From an uncultured Gammaproteobacteria bacterium (GTDB lineage: Bacteria > Patescibacteriota > Microgenomatia > Daviesbacterales > UBA10151), in contig CAYOOO010000003.1 of the NCBI GenBank assembly GCA_964405655.1, forward strand, positions 11,758-75,757: a stretch of 64,000 nt of DNA. The letters run 5' to 3'. Every line of letters starts with the position of its first letter. Within the stretch, counting starts at the first letter, position 1. Below the pieces are notes generated by a model. The model was not told where the DNA came from. It ran no database searches and was given only the letters and a program-made list of their open reading frames with translations. Shown here piece by piece: positions 49,563 to 59,336 of the stretch. The position numbers were made by a program, and so were the translations under genes.

Positions 49563-49571
49563 TTATCCACT
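49563..49571 (+). promoter_or_regulatory. DnaA box (TTATCCACT) upstream of dnaA
   Basis: 8/9 match to TTATCCACA, 13 nt upstream of the dnaA start. Confidence 0.4.
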
Positions 49572-49583
49572 ATGATCTAGGCC

Positions 49584-50939
49584 ATGGGGACAGAGGAAAA
49601 CAGTTGGCAAAAAATCCTAAATTTGATTAAAGATCAAATCTCGGCTGCGAATTTCAGGACATGGTTCTCTCAAGCCAGTTTAGGAGAGATATCTGAAAAG
49701 GGCTTAACTATTGTCGTCCCCTCAGCCTTTATCAAAGGCCAGTTAATTGCTAGGTACGAGGGATTAATTAAAGATTCAATTCAAAAAGTACTGGGTAAAG
49801 ACTTAGCTATTTCTTATCAAATAGATGCTAGAAAGGCTTATCTGCCAAAAAAGAGGGTTGAAGAGGCAAGCGAACAGATCTTTTTTTACGAAAGTACACC
49901 TAACTCTACTCAAAATACTACCAGTTTACTTAATCCAAAATATACCCTTCAAAACTTTGTCGTTGGTTTTACTAATAATTTAGCTTATGCAGCAGCTCAA
50001 GCTGTTTCTCAAAACCCAGGAACATCCTACAACCCACTATTTATTTATGGACCCTCTGGAGTAGGCAAGACCCACCTGATGCAAGCTATTGGCAGTGCCC
50101 TTGTCAGTAAAGATCCGTACTCGAAGGTGGTTTTTGTTTCCTCTGAAAGGTTTATGAATGACTTTATTGACTCTATCCAAACTAAGAAAACAGGTGACTT
50201 TAGGCAAAGATACAGGCAGTGCTCAGTATTACTAATTGATGACATCCAGTTTATAGCTGGCAAAGACTCGACTCAGGAGGAGTTTTTTCACACCTTTAAT
50301 GAACTACACTCAAGAAACAGCCAGATTGTTCTAACTTCAGACCGACCACCTAATGAGATGCAGAAGCTTGAATCAAGACTTCTTTCCAGATTTCAAGGAG
50401 GGTTAATGGTTGATATTCAACTACCTGACTTTGATACCAGGGTGGCAATACTCAAAGCCAAGCTAAAAGAAAGAGGGGAACAGTTACCAGAGGAGTTTTT
50501 AAGGTTAGTTGCTGAAAATATTGAATCTAACACTCGTGAATTAGAGGGAAAGCTGGTACAAATTCTTCAGCTCTTCAAACTTTCAAATCAACCACCTGAC
50601 TTAGAGACGGTTAAAAAAATGATTGGAAAAAGCCTTGCTACAATCAGTCAGTCTATTGATCACAAGAAGGTTTTATCTGGCATTAATCAATATTTTAATG
50701 TTAAGTTTTCGGATCTGGCTGGACCTAGGCGCCAAAAAGAACTAGTCTTACCGAGACAGATTGCCATGTTTTTAATGTACGAGGATTGCAAGTTACCAAT
50801 GGAAAAAATTGGTCAGATTTTGGGAGGAAGAGATCATACTACAGTCTTGCATGGAATTGAGAAAATACGTGAGGCTGTCACAAGGGATCGGGAAGTTCAA
50901 AGACTGGTAATAGAGGTCAGACAACAGTTAAGTACATAG
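49584..50939 (+). CDS. dnaA: Chromosomal replication initiator DnaA
   Basis: GPSGVGKTHLMQAIG Walker A, LLIDDIQFIAGK, C-terminal DnaA-box-binding HTH. Confidence 0.9.
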   Translation: MGTEENSWQKILNLIKDQISAANFRTWFSQASLGEISEKGLTIVVPSAFIKGQLIARYEGLIKDSIQKVLGKDLAISYQIDARKAYLPKKRVEEASEQIFFYESTPNSTQNTTSLLNPKYTLQNFVVGFTNNLAYAAAQAVSQNPGTSYNPLFIYGPSGVGKTHLMQAIGSALVSKDPYSKVVFVSSERFMNDFIDSIQTKKTGDFRQRYRQCSVLLIDDIQFIAGKDSTQEEFFHTFNELHSRNSQIVLTSDRPPNEMQKLESRLLSRFQGGLMVDIQLPDFDTRVAILKAKLKERGEQLPEEFLRLVAENIESNTRELEGKLVQILQLFKLSNQPPDLETVKKMIGKSLATISQSIDHKKVLSGINQYFNVKFSDLAGPRRQKELVLPRQIAMFLMYEDCKLPMEKIGQILGGRDHTTVLHGIEKIREAVTRDREVQRLVIEVRQQLST

Positions 50940-50948
50940 CCTTTTAAC

Positions 50949-50991
50949 TTATCCACAAATTATTAACAGCTTATCCACAAAGTTATCCACA
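50949..50991 (+). promoter_or_regulatory. Cluster of three perfect DnaA boxes TTATCCACA (50949, 50971, 50983), core of the putative oriC
   Basis: Exact 9-mers, same orientation, followed by a strongly AT-rich tract (51030-51165, candidate DNA-unwinding element). Confidence 0.65.
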
Positions 50992-51170
50992 AAAATTTAC
51001 TCTTTTTCAACACGAAATAACTACGAAAATAAACTTTGGTTTTTTGAATTATTAACATATACACCAACCTTAATATTATGGTTACTATTTTAAATATTTA
51101 TAAATATTCTCATTCTTTGGTGGAGAAGTCTAACAAAATTTTTAAAGTAGTATAATATCTAAACTGCTAA

Positions 51171-51635
51171 ATGGATAAGATTAATTGGGTAGTTTTAGGA
51201 TTCGTAGCTTTAGCTTTAGTTATTGCATATCTTTTAGGAAGACTTCATTCAAAATCTAAAAGTAGCCTCAGTGATATCCCCCAAGATTTCATTGATCTTT
51301 ATAGGCAAGTTGATGGGTTACCTTTAAGAATTCTTCAAACAATTCAAGGTTCGATTAATCCGCAGAAAGGGAAGATGGCAGAACTTTTAACCTATGCTGA
51401 ACTTAGGTATGATTATGATCGGATAATTCCTTTGGGTTGGCCAATAGACTTTATTGGTATTAAAAATAATGAGCGGATCGATTTCATTGAGGTAAAATCA
51501 GGTAATAATTACATCTTGACAGATCAGGAGAAAGAGATTAAAAACCTAATATTAACAGGAAGAGTTAGTTTTAGATTAATTAAAGTCAGCGAAGAAGAGG
51601 TTCATAGGTTTGTGGCTGCCAGAAAGGAAGGGTAA
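51171..51635 (+). CDS. Membrane-anchored PD-(D/E)xK-like nuclease-fold protein (Hjc/restriction-endonuclease-like), hypothetical
   Basis: N-terminal TM helix; ...ELLTYAELRYDYDRIIPLGWPIDFIGIKNNERIDFIEVKSG... fits the E...D...E-x-K nuclease motif pattern. Confidence 0.4.
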   Translation: MDKINWVVLGFVALALVIAYLLGRLHSKSKSSLSDIPQDFIDLYRQVDGLPLRILQTIQGSINPQKGKMAELLTYAELRYDYDRIIPLGWPIDFIGIKNNERIDFIEVKSGNNYILTDQEKEIKNLILTGRVSFRLIKVSEEEVHRFVAARKEG

Positions 51636-51640
51636 AGTTT

Positions 51641-52759
51641 GTGAAGGTAACACTGCTTCAGCAGGATTTAATAGCTCCCTTGCAATCAGTTTCTCGCTCA
51701 GTTGGGGTTAAAAGCTCTTTACCGGTTTTAGCAAATATTTTAATCAGAACAGAAGATGGTAACTTAAAATTATCAGCTACCAATTTAGAAGTCGGAGTTA
51801 TCAAAACAGTTAAGGCTCAGGTTATTGAGGAAGGAGAGATAACTGTTCCAGCTAGGACGCTGCTAGAAATAGTCAGCTCATTAACCAGTGCCAAACTGAC
51901 TTTTGAAACCTCCTCAGATCAGCTCAAGATCTCAACTGATAACTTTAATGCAATCCTAAACGGGATCTCAGCCAGTGAATTTCCGACTATCCCGATAGTT
52001 AGTGAAAATACTGTTCATATAGAGGGTCAAATTTTAAAATCAACTATCCCGCAAATTACCTTTGCGGCAGCTAGTGATGAAGGTAGGCCGATTCTAACTG
52101 GTATTCTAACAGAGATAAAAAAAGACAGTTTGGAGCTAGTGGCAACTGATGGTTTTAGATTAGCTCATAAAACAGCCAAGATTGAGGGAGATGCAGACAA
52201 AAACCTTCGCTGCCTGATTCCCCGTCGGACATTTGAGGAAGTGGTTAGGCTAATAGCAGAGGAGATTGGGGAAGAGCAGAAAGAGAAGGTAGAGATCTCA
52301 ATGGCGGACAGTCAAAATCAGATGATCTTTAAGATAGGCCAAACCTTAGTCTCAACACGTTTAATTGAAGGCCAGTTTCCAGCCTGGGAAAAGATCATCC
52401 CAACTAAATTTGAAAATAGAACGATTATTGACAGGACAGAGCTTTTAAAAGCAGTCAAGCTTGCTTCGGTTTTTGCCAAGGGTGATGCTAATATCGTTAA
52501 AATTGCCACATCAGATGGTAAGCTGAAATTAACTTCAGAGGCTAAAGAGTTAGGGGGGCAGGAGAATGAGGTGGAGGCTCAAACAGAGGGGGTAGAACTT
52601 GTTGTTGCTTTTAACTCCAAATTTTTAATAGATGCTTTATCTGCCTGTCAAAGCAGTCAAATTAGAATTGAATTTTCTGGCAGCCTTTCACCAGCACTAA
52701 TTAAGCCTCTGGGAGAAGAGGGTTTGGAGTATGTAGTTATGCCAATCCGCCTAAATTAA
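51641..52759 (+). CDS. dnaN: DNA polymerase III beta sliding clamp (GTG start)
   Basis: Three-domain beta-clamp pattern (MKVTLLQQDLIAPLQSVSRSV...), follows dnaA and the oriC region. Confidence 0.85.
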   Translation: MKVTLLQQDLIAPLQSVSRSVGVKSSLPVLANILIRTEDGNLKLSATNLEVGVIKTVKAQVIEEGEITVPARTLLEIVSSLTSAKLTFETSSDQLKISTDNFNAILNGISASEFPTIPIVSENTVHIEGQILKSTIPQITFAAASDEGRPILTGILTEIKKDSLELVATDGFRLAHKTAKIEGDADKNLRCLIPRRTFEEVVRLIAEEIGEEQKEKVEISMADSQNQMIFKIGQTLVSTRLIEGQFPAWEKIIPTKFENRTIIDRTELLKAVKLASVFAKGDANIVKIATSDGKLKLTSEAKELGGQENEVEAQTEGVELVVAFNSKFLIDALSACQSSQIRIEFSGSLSPALIKPLGEEGLEYVVMPIRLN

Positions 52760-53202
52760 GCACCCCGATATTGAATGGTTTTGAAGTGAAAGATCTTTTC
52801 TACCTCAAGCCTTTTTTTACCATCAAATTTGGTATCAGGCAAGATCTTTAGGGTATAACCCTGACCAAGACTGTAGGGATTAATTGGAGTGATTTTAGCT
52901 GTTTTTCGGTCATCGCTTAACTCAACTTTAATTTTTGCTTCTGGCTCAACCACCAGCTTTAGTTCAGCACTGCCTTCCAGGGGTAGATTAAAACTAACAC
53001 TAATGGTTTGAGTGGGTAAGATTGTGGCATCCTCCAGGGGTGATGGATCAGTTGAGACAACTGCAGTATTTTGGGTGACCTTATCAACAATAGGAGCAGT
53101 TTTAGGTGGGGTATAAAAACCAAATCTAAAAATAGCAATCAAGGCTGCACCAATGATCGCTACTGCAATCATAATCTTTTGTTTTAAAGATAAGTTGGTC
53201 AT
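52756..53202 (-). CDS. Membrane-anchored Ig-like (SbsA/Big-like) small protein, paralog A
   Basis: N-terminal TM helix + about 100-aa beta-rich domain. 4-nt overlap with the upstream paralog. Confidence 0.45.
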   Translation of the reverse strand: MTNLSLKQKIMIAVAIIGAALIAIFRFGFYTPPKTAPIVDKVTQNTAVVSTDPSPLEDATILPTQTISVSFNLPLEGSAELKLVVEPEAKIKVELSDDRKTAKITPINPYSLGQGYTLKILPDTKFDGKKRLEVEKIFHFKTIQYRGA

Positions 53203-53654
53203 GTTCCAGAATAAGGAGCTGTTCTAAAATCCATTATAATATTTTCAGGAATTTTTTCTCCATCGGTTCCTGTTAAAACACCATCAATAGTTAACTTGTA
53301 TTTAGTTTCAAACTTCCAGATCTTTTTAGGGGCTATTTGAATAGTCTGACCATCAGGCTCAAGCATAAGATCGAAATCTGTTTCAGGTTCGATTGATACT
53401 TTAATTGTTCTTTCGTCTACTGGTTTACTAAATTTGAAGGTAATTTTATCAGAGACGTTAACCAAGGATTTGTCAAAGCTTGTACTTGTTACACTAAGAT
53501 TTGTTTGCGGGCTAGTACCAGCAGGCTGTTTAGGAGCAGAGTTTTGTGTATTTTTTGGCAGTAAGGCCTTACTAAATGTAAGCACAATTAACAATATTAA
53601 TAAGACTATTATTAAAATTACAGTCTTAGGGTTTAAATATTTCATTGTGTACAC
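53199..53654 (-). CDS. Membrane-anchored Ig-like small protein, paralog B
   Basis: Same architecture as 52756..53202. 13-nt overlap with the giant hydrolase gene. Confidence 0.45.
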   Translation of the reverse strand: MYTMKYLNPKTVILIIVLLILLIVLTFSKALLPKNTQNSAPKQPAGTSPQTNLSVTSTSFDKSLVNVSDKITFKFSKPVDERTIKVSIEPETDFDLMLEPDGQTIQIAPKKIWKFETKYKLTIDGVLTGTDGEKIPENIIMDFRTAPYSGT

Positions 53655-56600
53655 ATTCCCAAATCACGATCAGGGTATTTCCATCCCGGATCATAAAGCT
53701 GTAGATTATTGGCTGTTATCGGTTCAGCGATATTTAGCCCAACTGTAACATGAATATGGTAACCTGGGCCACTGGCCGATGAAATTTGAGCGATAGGTTT
53801 GGTAGTATCAACGCCTTGCCCAGGAGTAAAGGATGGTTCGGCAATAGCGTGAATAAAGTGCATAGTCCATTTGCCTTGGGCTGTTTGCTCAGACTGAAAG
53901 ACCCTCAAGGTTGCACCGATGCCGTCGGGAAAGTCATTTATAAAGTTCCACTTCAAAACTTGGCCATTAATTGTTGGGATATAAACATTTTCCCCAACTT
54001 TTCCACCAATATCAATAGATTTAGCTGTCCTTTTAAGATTGCCTCCTGAGATATAGTTTTTGTCATCGCAAAGTCCAGGATAAGCAGCACGGTATTTGGG
54101 GCTACAATGGCCCCCAATGTTATTTTCTCCTGTTGAACTATTTGACCCTAAAGCACAAACACCATCAAATCCAGACCAGGTAGCCTCAGATCCATACGAT
54201 GAGCAAATAATCTTACCTCCTGGAATTGGGCAAGTAGCTTTACCCAAAACCACCGAGGGTGGAGCACTACAAACCGGTAGTAGACCTGCGGATCCTAATC
54301 CTGATGATGGTAAGCCGCCTCCGCCGCCTGGCTTACATGGTTGACCACCAAGAAAATTTGAAATTCCATTACAATATCCTAAAGCAATATCATCTGTATA
54401 AGCATAGAGATCGCTATAGTCAGATTTTGTCTTCATATAATTTTTCATTATTATTCCAGGCATTTTTCTCTTACGCTGGATAGATGGGACCTTTCCTCCA
54501 TAATAGCCGCCGGTCTTTGCACCCTGAGGTCCCAGAACATAGTACTCCAAGCCTTCTTGGTCATCTGTTCCTTGATCTGTACCTACTTTTGTACTCTCAT
54601 CAACTTTAAAGGTAATTCCGCTGACCTTGTTCTTTAGCTGCTTTGTAACTGCTTGTCCCATCGTTTCACCTAAACGTTTACTCTCTGAAGAGAAGGGTCC
54701 TTTCTCAGAATAGATCGGCCCAAAAGAATTTGTTTGGACTCCAGCATCAGCATGGATTGAGATAAAGGCTGCTGTATTATTTGAATTGGCAAAATCAACC
54801 CTTTTTTGTAAATTTTCATAGTAATCAACCTCCTCACAACTACCGTCACTATTAGGGTTATAAACTTTAGCATCAATGCCATTTTTTTGTAAAAGACTTG
54901 CCAATTTTTTAGCCTGTTCGATATTTAGTTTATTTTCAGCTGCTTTATTTTCTTTATACTTATCATTTGAACAGTGACCAGGATCTAAAACAACAATAGG
55001 TGGTTTTGTCACAGTTCTTTGAAGCAAGCTAGAACTTACTTGACCAGCGCTACAGCTTGAAATACTTTCGAACAGGTCATCACCATAGTTGTATTGATCT
55101 GCGTCACCATAAATCAATCCTCCATAATAGCTTCTGGCAAGCTGTGAGACTTTAGTTTTATCATTTGTCCATTGGGGATTCCAGCTACTAGCACCCATCT
55201 TAGCTAAGATAAAACCACCAGCCATGGTAATATTTTTCCTTGGATCACAGTAATCTTTAAGTGTTAGGTTATTAACACTTTTACCAATCAGCTCAGCTCC
55301 TTTTTGAACTGCATCTTTAGCATGTCCATTTGTACCAGGTGGTTGAATCTGCATAACCCCAAGCGCATTATTTGAGCTAACTGGGCAAACTGCTTTTTCA
55401 GTCCCCGGGATCTTAAGAGATTTTATCTTAGCAATCTCTGAGGCAGAGTTACTATCTGTCAAAACTACATTCGGGATACTACGGTTTTCAATATAGCTAA
55501 TATCTTCGTCAGTATAATCTGAAATAGTATAGGTACCGGTTGTAGATTCAACTCTGGCAATTCCTGCTAAAACTGATGCTGGAACAGTTGACTTTTGTGA
55601 GGCTTCTTGGAAATAGCTTAATAGCTTGCTGCTTTGGTAAGGGAGAGAGGCTCTGGCGCCCTGGTCACTTTTAGTAAATTTACAAGCTGCCAATGTGCCT
55701 GTTTGAGCAGCAACTGGTTGGCTAGATTGTAGAATTGGTGTACCTTTAGGATCACATGCGTTTACCTCTACCGCCAGTTCTACAATATCATTATAGGAGT
55801 GAATACAGTTGTTGTTTTGAGAGACATTATCATTTTGCTCAGCTGCCTCAAGCAAAGGTGATCTTGATCCAAAAACTTCCGCAAAGTCATCAAGTGTTTG
55901 TAAAGGCAGAGTTATTGGCTGATCTTTATAGATGTCATAATTTGAGAGTGTTTGACCTTGGTAAGAGTATTGAGGCGTTTTATTATTTCTATTCTCAGAA
56001 TAAAATTTACAGGAGGGACTACTTGCGTCTCTGCTGACAAGACATTTGGCAGGGCTCACCCCTGGTCCGTCACTTAAACCTAATGCGCACTCAACCTGAT
56101 CGTTGAAGTTATTTGGTACAAAAACACAGCCTAATGATTCACCAAATTTTGATTCTGATCTCCAGTAAGCCAGACCAATAACCGGGTTAATGCCTTTTGA
56201 CTCAGCTTTTTCTTTTATATAGTTAGCCCGCCTGATAAATTCATCTTTAGATGAATACTTTCCTTGAGCTTCAGGCCAAAACCTTTCAACAAATTTGGTC
56301 ATCTGAGCATCAGTTAAATCGCCGTAAGGATAAGAAGAGCTGAATTTATTAGTAAAAAGCGGCACAGTTGGATCAAAATATCTACATGTTTCTGGAGTAG
56401 TTTTTCTGTTGGCTGCAATCGCATCCAAAGATGGGCAACCTCCTGAACCAGTGCTGGCTCCTCCAGCTCCTGCTGGAAAACAAGCTTGAGTGGTAGGAGG
56501 AAGTTGGCCAGGAATTGGTAATAGAGCAGTGTTTTTGATTTGGTCCCAAAAGATAAAAATTCCTATGGTGACAATTAAAACTATTCCTATTAGCCAGCCT

Positions 56601-57472
56601 AAAGATCCTAAAGCTGCAAAAATTCCTCCAGCCCGGGCAGCAAGAGAAGCTGCAGCTGGGATTCCTCTGCCTAGGGCAGGAAGCCCTCTTCCCAGGGATG
56701 ACAGTGGTATTCTTGGTATTCCTCTGGCAGCTCCACCTGGGCTAGGTACACCACCTCCGCTCCCACTTGGTGAAGTAATGGCTGGAGAGGCAGGTGCAGA
56801 GGGGGTGGATCCTGCACTAACAGGTCCTGCTCTGGGGATCCTTTCACCAAGCTGTTCAGCTATACTTCTGGGTTGAGTATATTCAGCTGGTCTTTCAATC
56901 AATACTGTCATCTGTCTTTGGGTAGGGGGGGGTTGGGGTCCTGTCGGGTAAACTGTCTCAGCTGGTTGGGTTCCAGCTTGAGGAGGTTGTGGAGGTTGGG
57001 GTGGTTGTTTGGCTGGAAAAGGAGGTTGTTGCATAGGAATTCCTTTAGCAAGAGGTAAGACTGGGGCAGTAGCTACAGCAGCTTTTCTCTTATCTTCGCC
57101 TTCTTTCTTTTCAGTGCCTTTTTCCTCCTCGGTAGCCTTTTGTTTAGCCTCTTGCTGTTTAATCTCCTCGTTTAAAATTTCCCATTCGCTTTTCTCGCCC
57201 GGGGTAATGGCAAAGAAGAAACTGAAGAAGGAGTTGAGTTGATCTGTGTCTTTAGCAACAGCTAAGTAATTAATACCAGGAAACTTATCTGAGTACTTTT
57301 TAGGATTTCTGTCAATGATTGCCTTAATGTAGTCTTTAACAGCCTTGCCCTTAAACCCATTCTTAATATAGAACTCTTTGCTATTGTGTAGCCCTTGAGA
57401 AGGAGCAGCAGAGAAGGCCCAGGCAAAGTCGCGAATATCAGTTAAGGAGATAGACTTATCTGGGGCAGCCAT
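53642..57472 (-). CDS. Giant (1276 aa) membrane-anchored multi-domain peptidoglycan hydrolase: Pro-rich N-region, TM helix, lysozyme-like/SLT lytic transglycosylase domain, Amidase_3 (MurNAc-L-Ala amidase) domain, C-terminal M23-like domain (VirB1/PrgK-like)
   Basis: PQPPQPPQ linker; TM IFAALGSLGWLIGIVLIVTIGIFIFW; SLT motifs VLAGIARVESTTGTY and ALGVMQIQP; amidase_3 motifs VVLDPGHCSNDK and AAFISIHADAG; C-terminal GPGYHIHVTVG resembling the M23 HxH. Confidence 0.7.
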   Translation of the reverse strand: MAAPDKSISLTDIRDFAWAFSAAPSQGLHNSKEFYIKNGFKGKAVKDYIKAIIDRNPKKYSDKFPGINYLAVAKDTDQLNSFFSFFFAITPGEKSEWEILNEEIKQQEAKQKATEEEKGTEKKEGEDKRKAAVATAPVLPLAKGIPMQQPPFPAKQPPQPPQPPQAGTQPAETVYPTGPQPPPTQRQMTVLIERPAEYTQPRSIAEQLGERIPRAGPVSAGSTPSAPASPAITSPSGSGGGVPSPGGAARGIPRIPLSSLGRGLPALGRGIPAAASLAARAGGIFAALGSLGWLIGIVLIVTIGIFIFWDQIKNTALLPIPGQLPPTTQACFPAGAGGASTGSGGCPSLDAIAANRKTTPETCRYFDPTVPLFTNKFSSSYPYGDLTDAQMTKFVERFWPEAQGKYSSKDEFIRRANYIKEKAESKGINPVIGLAYWRSESKFGESLGCVFVPNNFNDQVECALGLSDGPGVSPAKCLVSRDASSPSCKFYSENRNNKTPQYSYQGQTLSNYDIYKDQPITLPLQTLDDFAEVFGSRSPLLEAAEQNDNVSQNNNCIHSYNDIVELAVEVNACDPKGTPILQSSQPVAAQTGTLAACKFTKSDQGARASLPYQSSKLLSYFQEASQKSTVPASVLAGIARVESTTGTYTISDYTDEDISYIENRSIPNVVLTDSNSASEIAKIKSLKIPGTEKAVCPVSSNNALGVMQIQPPGTNGHAKDAVQKGAELIGKSVNNLTLKDYCDPRKNITMAGGFILAKMGASSWNPQWTNDKTKVSQLARSYYGGLIYGDADQYNYGDDLFESISSCSAGQVSSSLLQRTVTKPPIVVLDPGHCSNDKYKENKAAENKLNIEQAKKLASLLQKNGIDAKVYNPNSDGSCEEVDYYENLQKRVDFANSNNTAAFISIHADAGVQTNSFGPIYSEKGPFSSESKRLGETMGQAVTKQLKNKVSGITFKVDESTKVGTDQGTDDQEGLEYYVLGPQGAKTGGYYGGKVPSIQRKRKMPGIIMKNYMKTKSDYSDLYAYTDDIALGYCNGISNFLGGQPCKPGGGGGLPSSGLGSAGLLPVCSAPPSVVLGKATCPIPGGKIICSSYGSEATWSGFDGVCALGSNSSTGENNIGGHCSPKYRAAYPGLCDDKNYISGGNLKRTAKSIDIGGKVGENVYIPTINGQVLKWNFINDFPDGIGATLRVFQSEQTAQGKWTMHFIHAIAEPSFTPGQGVDTTKPIAQISSASGPGYHIHVTVGLNIAEPITANNLQLYDPGWKYPDRDLGMCTQ

Positions 57473-57521
57473 GTTAATAGCTACTAGTTTAATACAACTG
57501 TAATCTTAGTGCTACAGATTA

Positions 57522-59336
57522 CTAAAAACTAGCCTGGGCATTTTGAGTAGCCCTAATCAACTCCTGAGGATTAGAGGTGATTAGCTGGTGTTCCTCAGGA
57601 GAACCCACTACTTGCATGGCCACATGGGTTGGTCCAGCAAAAAAAAGGCCTTGGCCAACCCCTGCTGATAAGAGTAGTCTTTTTTCTCCCTCAGACAAAT
57701 TAAATACTTCAGCTACTTTATCAATGGCTGATGGTGATTGTTTGAGTAGTATTTGAATAGAAGAGTTAGAGATAATCTCTTTGCCTCGGTCAGTGGCTAA
57801 GAAATCTTCAACATCTTGAGTTATAGTAGTGACTCCTAAATAATATTTCCTGGCTCTCTTGGCAATATCGACTAAAAACTCACCTGAGTCCTGATTTCTC
57901 ATCATATACCAAGCTTCATCAACAATTAAGAGACGCTTTGCCAAACTTGTTCTAACTTTGGTCCAGATATAGTCTAGGATTAGATACATAGCCAGAGGTC
58001 TAAGTTGGTCAGCCAGGTCCCGGACTGAAAAAACCACTAACTGACTATTAAGACTAATGTTGGAAGGAGCGGAAAAGATTCCGGCTAAAGAGCCTTTGAT
58101 GAATCTTTCTAGTCTAAACGAAAGTTCTTGAGCTGTTTTATCCTCCATCCCGACTAAAACCTTATAAAGGTCTTCCATTAAAGGAGGAGGCAGTTTTTGA
58201 GTTTTAGGATCAGCTGTAATACCTTTAAGGCGGTAAGTTGAGGTTAATGCCCTGTCTAAAGTAGCTGATTGGGCAGCATCGAGATTTCCCAGTACCAGTC
58301 TTAAAAATCCTGTTAAAGTCAGGATTTTTCTTCCCAGTTCGTTTTCCCCGGATTCTGAAACCTGGGAAAGATCAAAAGGGTTAATTTTAACAGGTGAGTC
58401 TGAGGAAAAATTTATATACTCTCCCCCCACAGCCTGGGTCAGTTTTAGATATTCTTGCTCAGGGTCGATGACTATAACCTGGGTATCAAACATTAAAGAG
58501 CGCAGTGCCTCAAGTTTAACAAAATAGGATTTTCCAGCACCTGATTTGGCAAAGACCACTGAGTTGGCATTTTCCAGAGTGAACCTGTCAAAGATAATTA
58601 AAGAATCGTTATGTTGATTGATCCCATACATAATTCCCTCATTAGCAGTCAGCTCTGAGGTGGTAAAAGGAAAGGTGGTGGCAAGTGAGGTGGTGTCCAT
58701 GTTGTGGTTTAGCTCGAGTATGTCTTGACCTAGCGCTAAGGTAGAGAGGAAACCTTCTTCCATCTGCAGAGTAGTTTGGCGGGCAGTAATCGAAATTGAG
58801 CCTAGGGTTGACTCAACCAGCTTGGAAGCATTTTCCAGTTCTTCTTTGGTTTGGGAGGGTACAGTCAGATAAAGTCCTAGTTTAAAAAATCTCTCTGCGC
58901 CTTTAACCAGCTGTTCCTGTAATCCTCTGGCATCATCAAGTGCTACCTGGACAGCTGGATTGACTGCCCGGCCTCGCTCTAAATCAGTTTGAATAGTAGC
59001 CTCCATCTCAGCGATCTTTCTTTTTAGATCATCTAAAACATTTTTTGAAGTAGAAGGGTAGATAAACATCGAGATATTTAACGTATGTTCAAAGTTAATC
59101 AGAGGCTCGAGCCAATTAGGTTCAACATATCTTGGATAATTTGAGACAAAGAAAGATTTGTAGTACATATTGCCAATCCGCAAATGACCAAAATCAATTT
59201 CAATTTCCGACGGTGCAATCACATCAGCCAAGCTAAGCTGTCCAGCCAGCCCGCCAGGCAACATACCAGTAACAGCTTTGGGGGCAGTGGTACTAGTTAG
59301 TTTTTGATCTTTAGATTTTTTACTAAACAGTCCCAT
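57522..59336 (-). CDS. VirB4/TrbE/CagE-family type IV secretion ATPase, C-terminal ATPase portion
   Basis: Walker A AKSGAGKSYFVK, Walker B LLIVDEAWYMM; N-terminal region IDFGHLRIGNMYYKSFFVSNYPRYVEPNWL matches VirB4 mid-N-domain. Confidence 0.75.
   Translation of the reverse strand: MGLFSKKSKDQKLTSTTAPKAVTGMLPGGLAGQLSLADVIAPSEIEIDFGHLRIGNMYYKSFFVSNYPRYVEPNWLEPLINFEHTLNISMFIYPSTSKNVLDDLKRKIAEMEATIQTDLERGRAVNPAVQVALDDARGLQEQLVKGAERFFKLGLYLTVPSQTKEELENASKLVESTLGSISITARQTTLQMEEGFLSTLALGQDILELNHNMDTTSLATTFPFTTSELTANEGIMYGINQHNDSLIIFDRFTLENANSVVFAKSGAGKSYFVKLEALRSLMFDTQVIVIDPEQEYLKLTQAVGGEYINFSSDSPVKINPFDLSQVSESGENELGRKILTLTGFLRLVLGNLDAAQSATLDRALTSTYRLKGITADPKTQKLPPPLMEDLYKVLVGMEDKTAQELSFRLERFIKGSLAGIFSAPSNISLNSQLVVFSVRDLADQLRPLAMYLILDYIWTKVRTSLAKRLLIVDEAWYMMRNQDSGEFLVDIAKRARKYYLGVTTITQDVEDFLATDRGKEIISNSSIQILLKQSPSAIDKVAEVFNLSEGEKRLLLSAGVGQGLFFAGPTHVAMQVVGSPEEHQLITSNPQELIRATQNAQASF

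Noticed and set aside
54096-57242. Multiple + strand ORFs (61-128 aa) inside the giant hydrolase gene
   Set aside because: Pro/Gly/Ala-rich antisense shadows of the Pro-rich and Gly-rich segments of the 1276-aa CDS.
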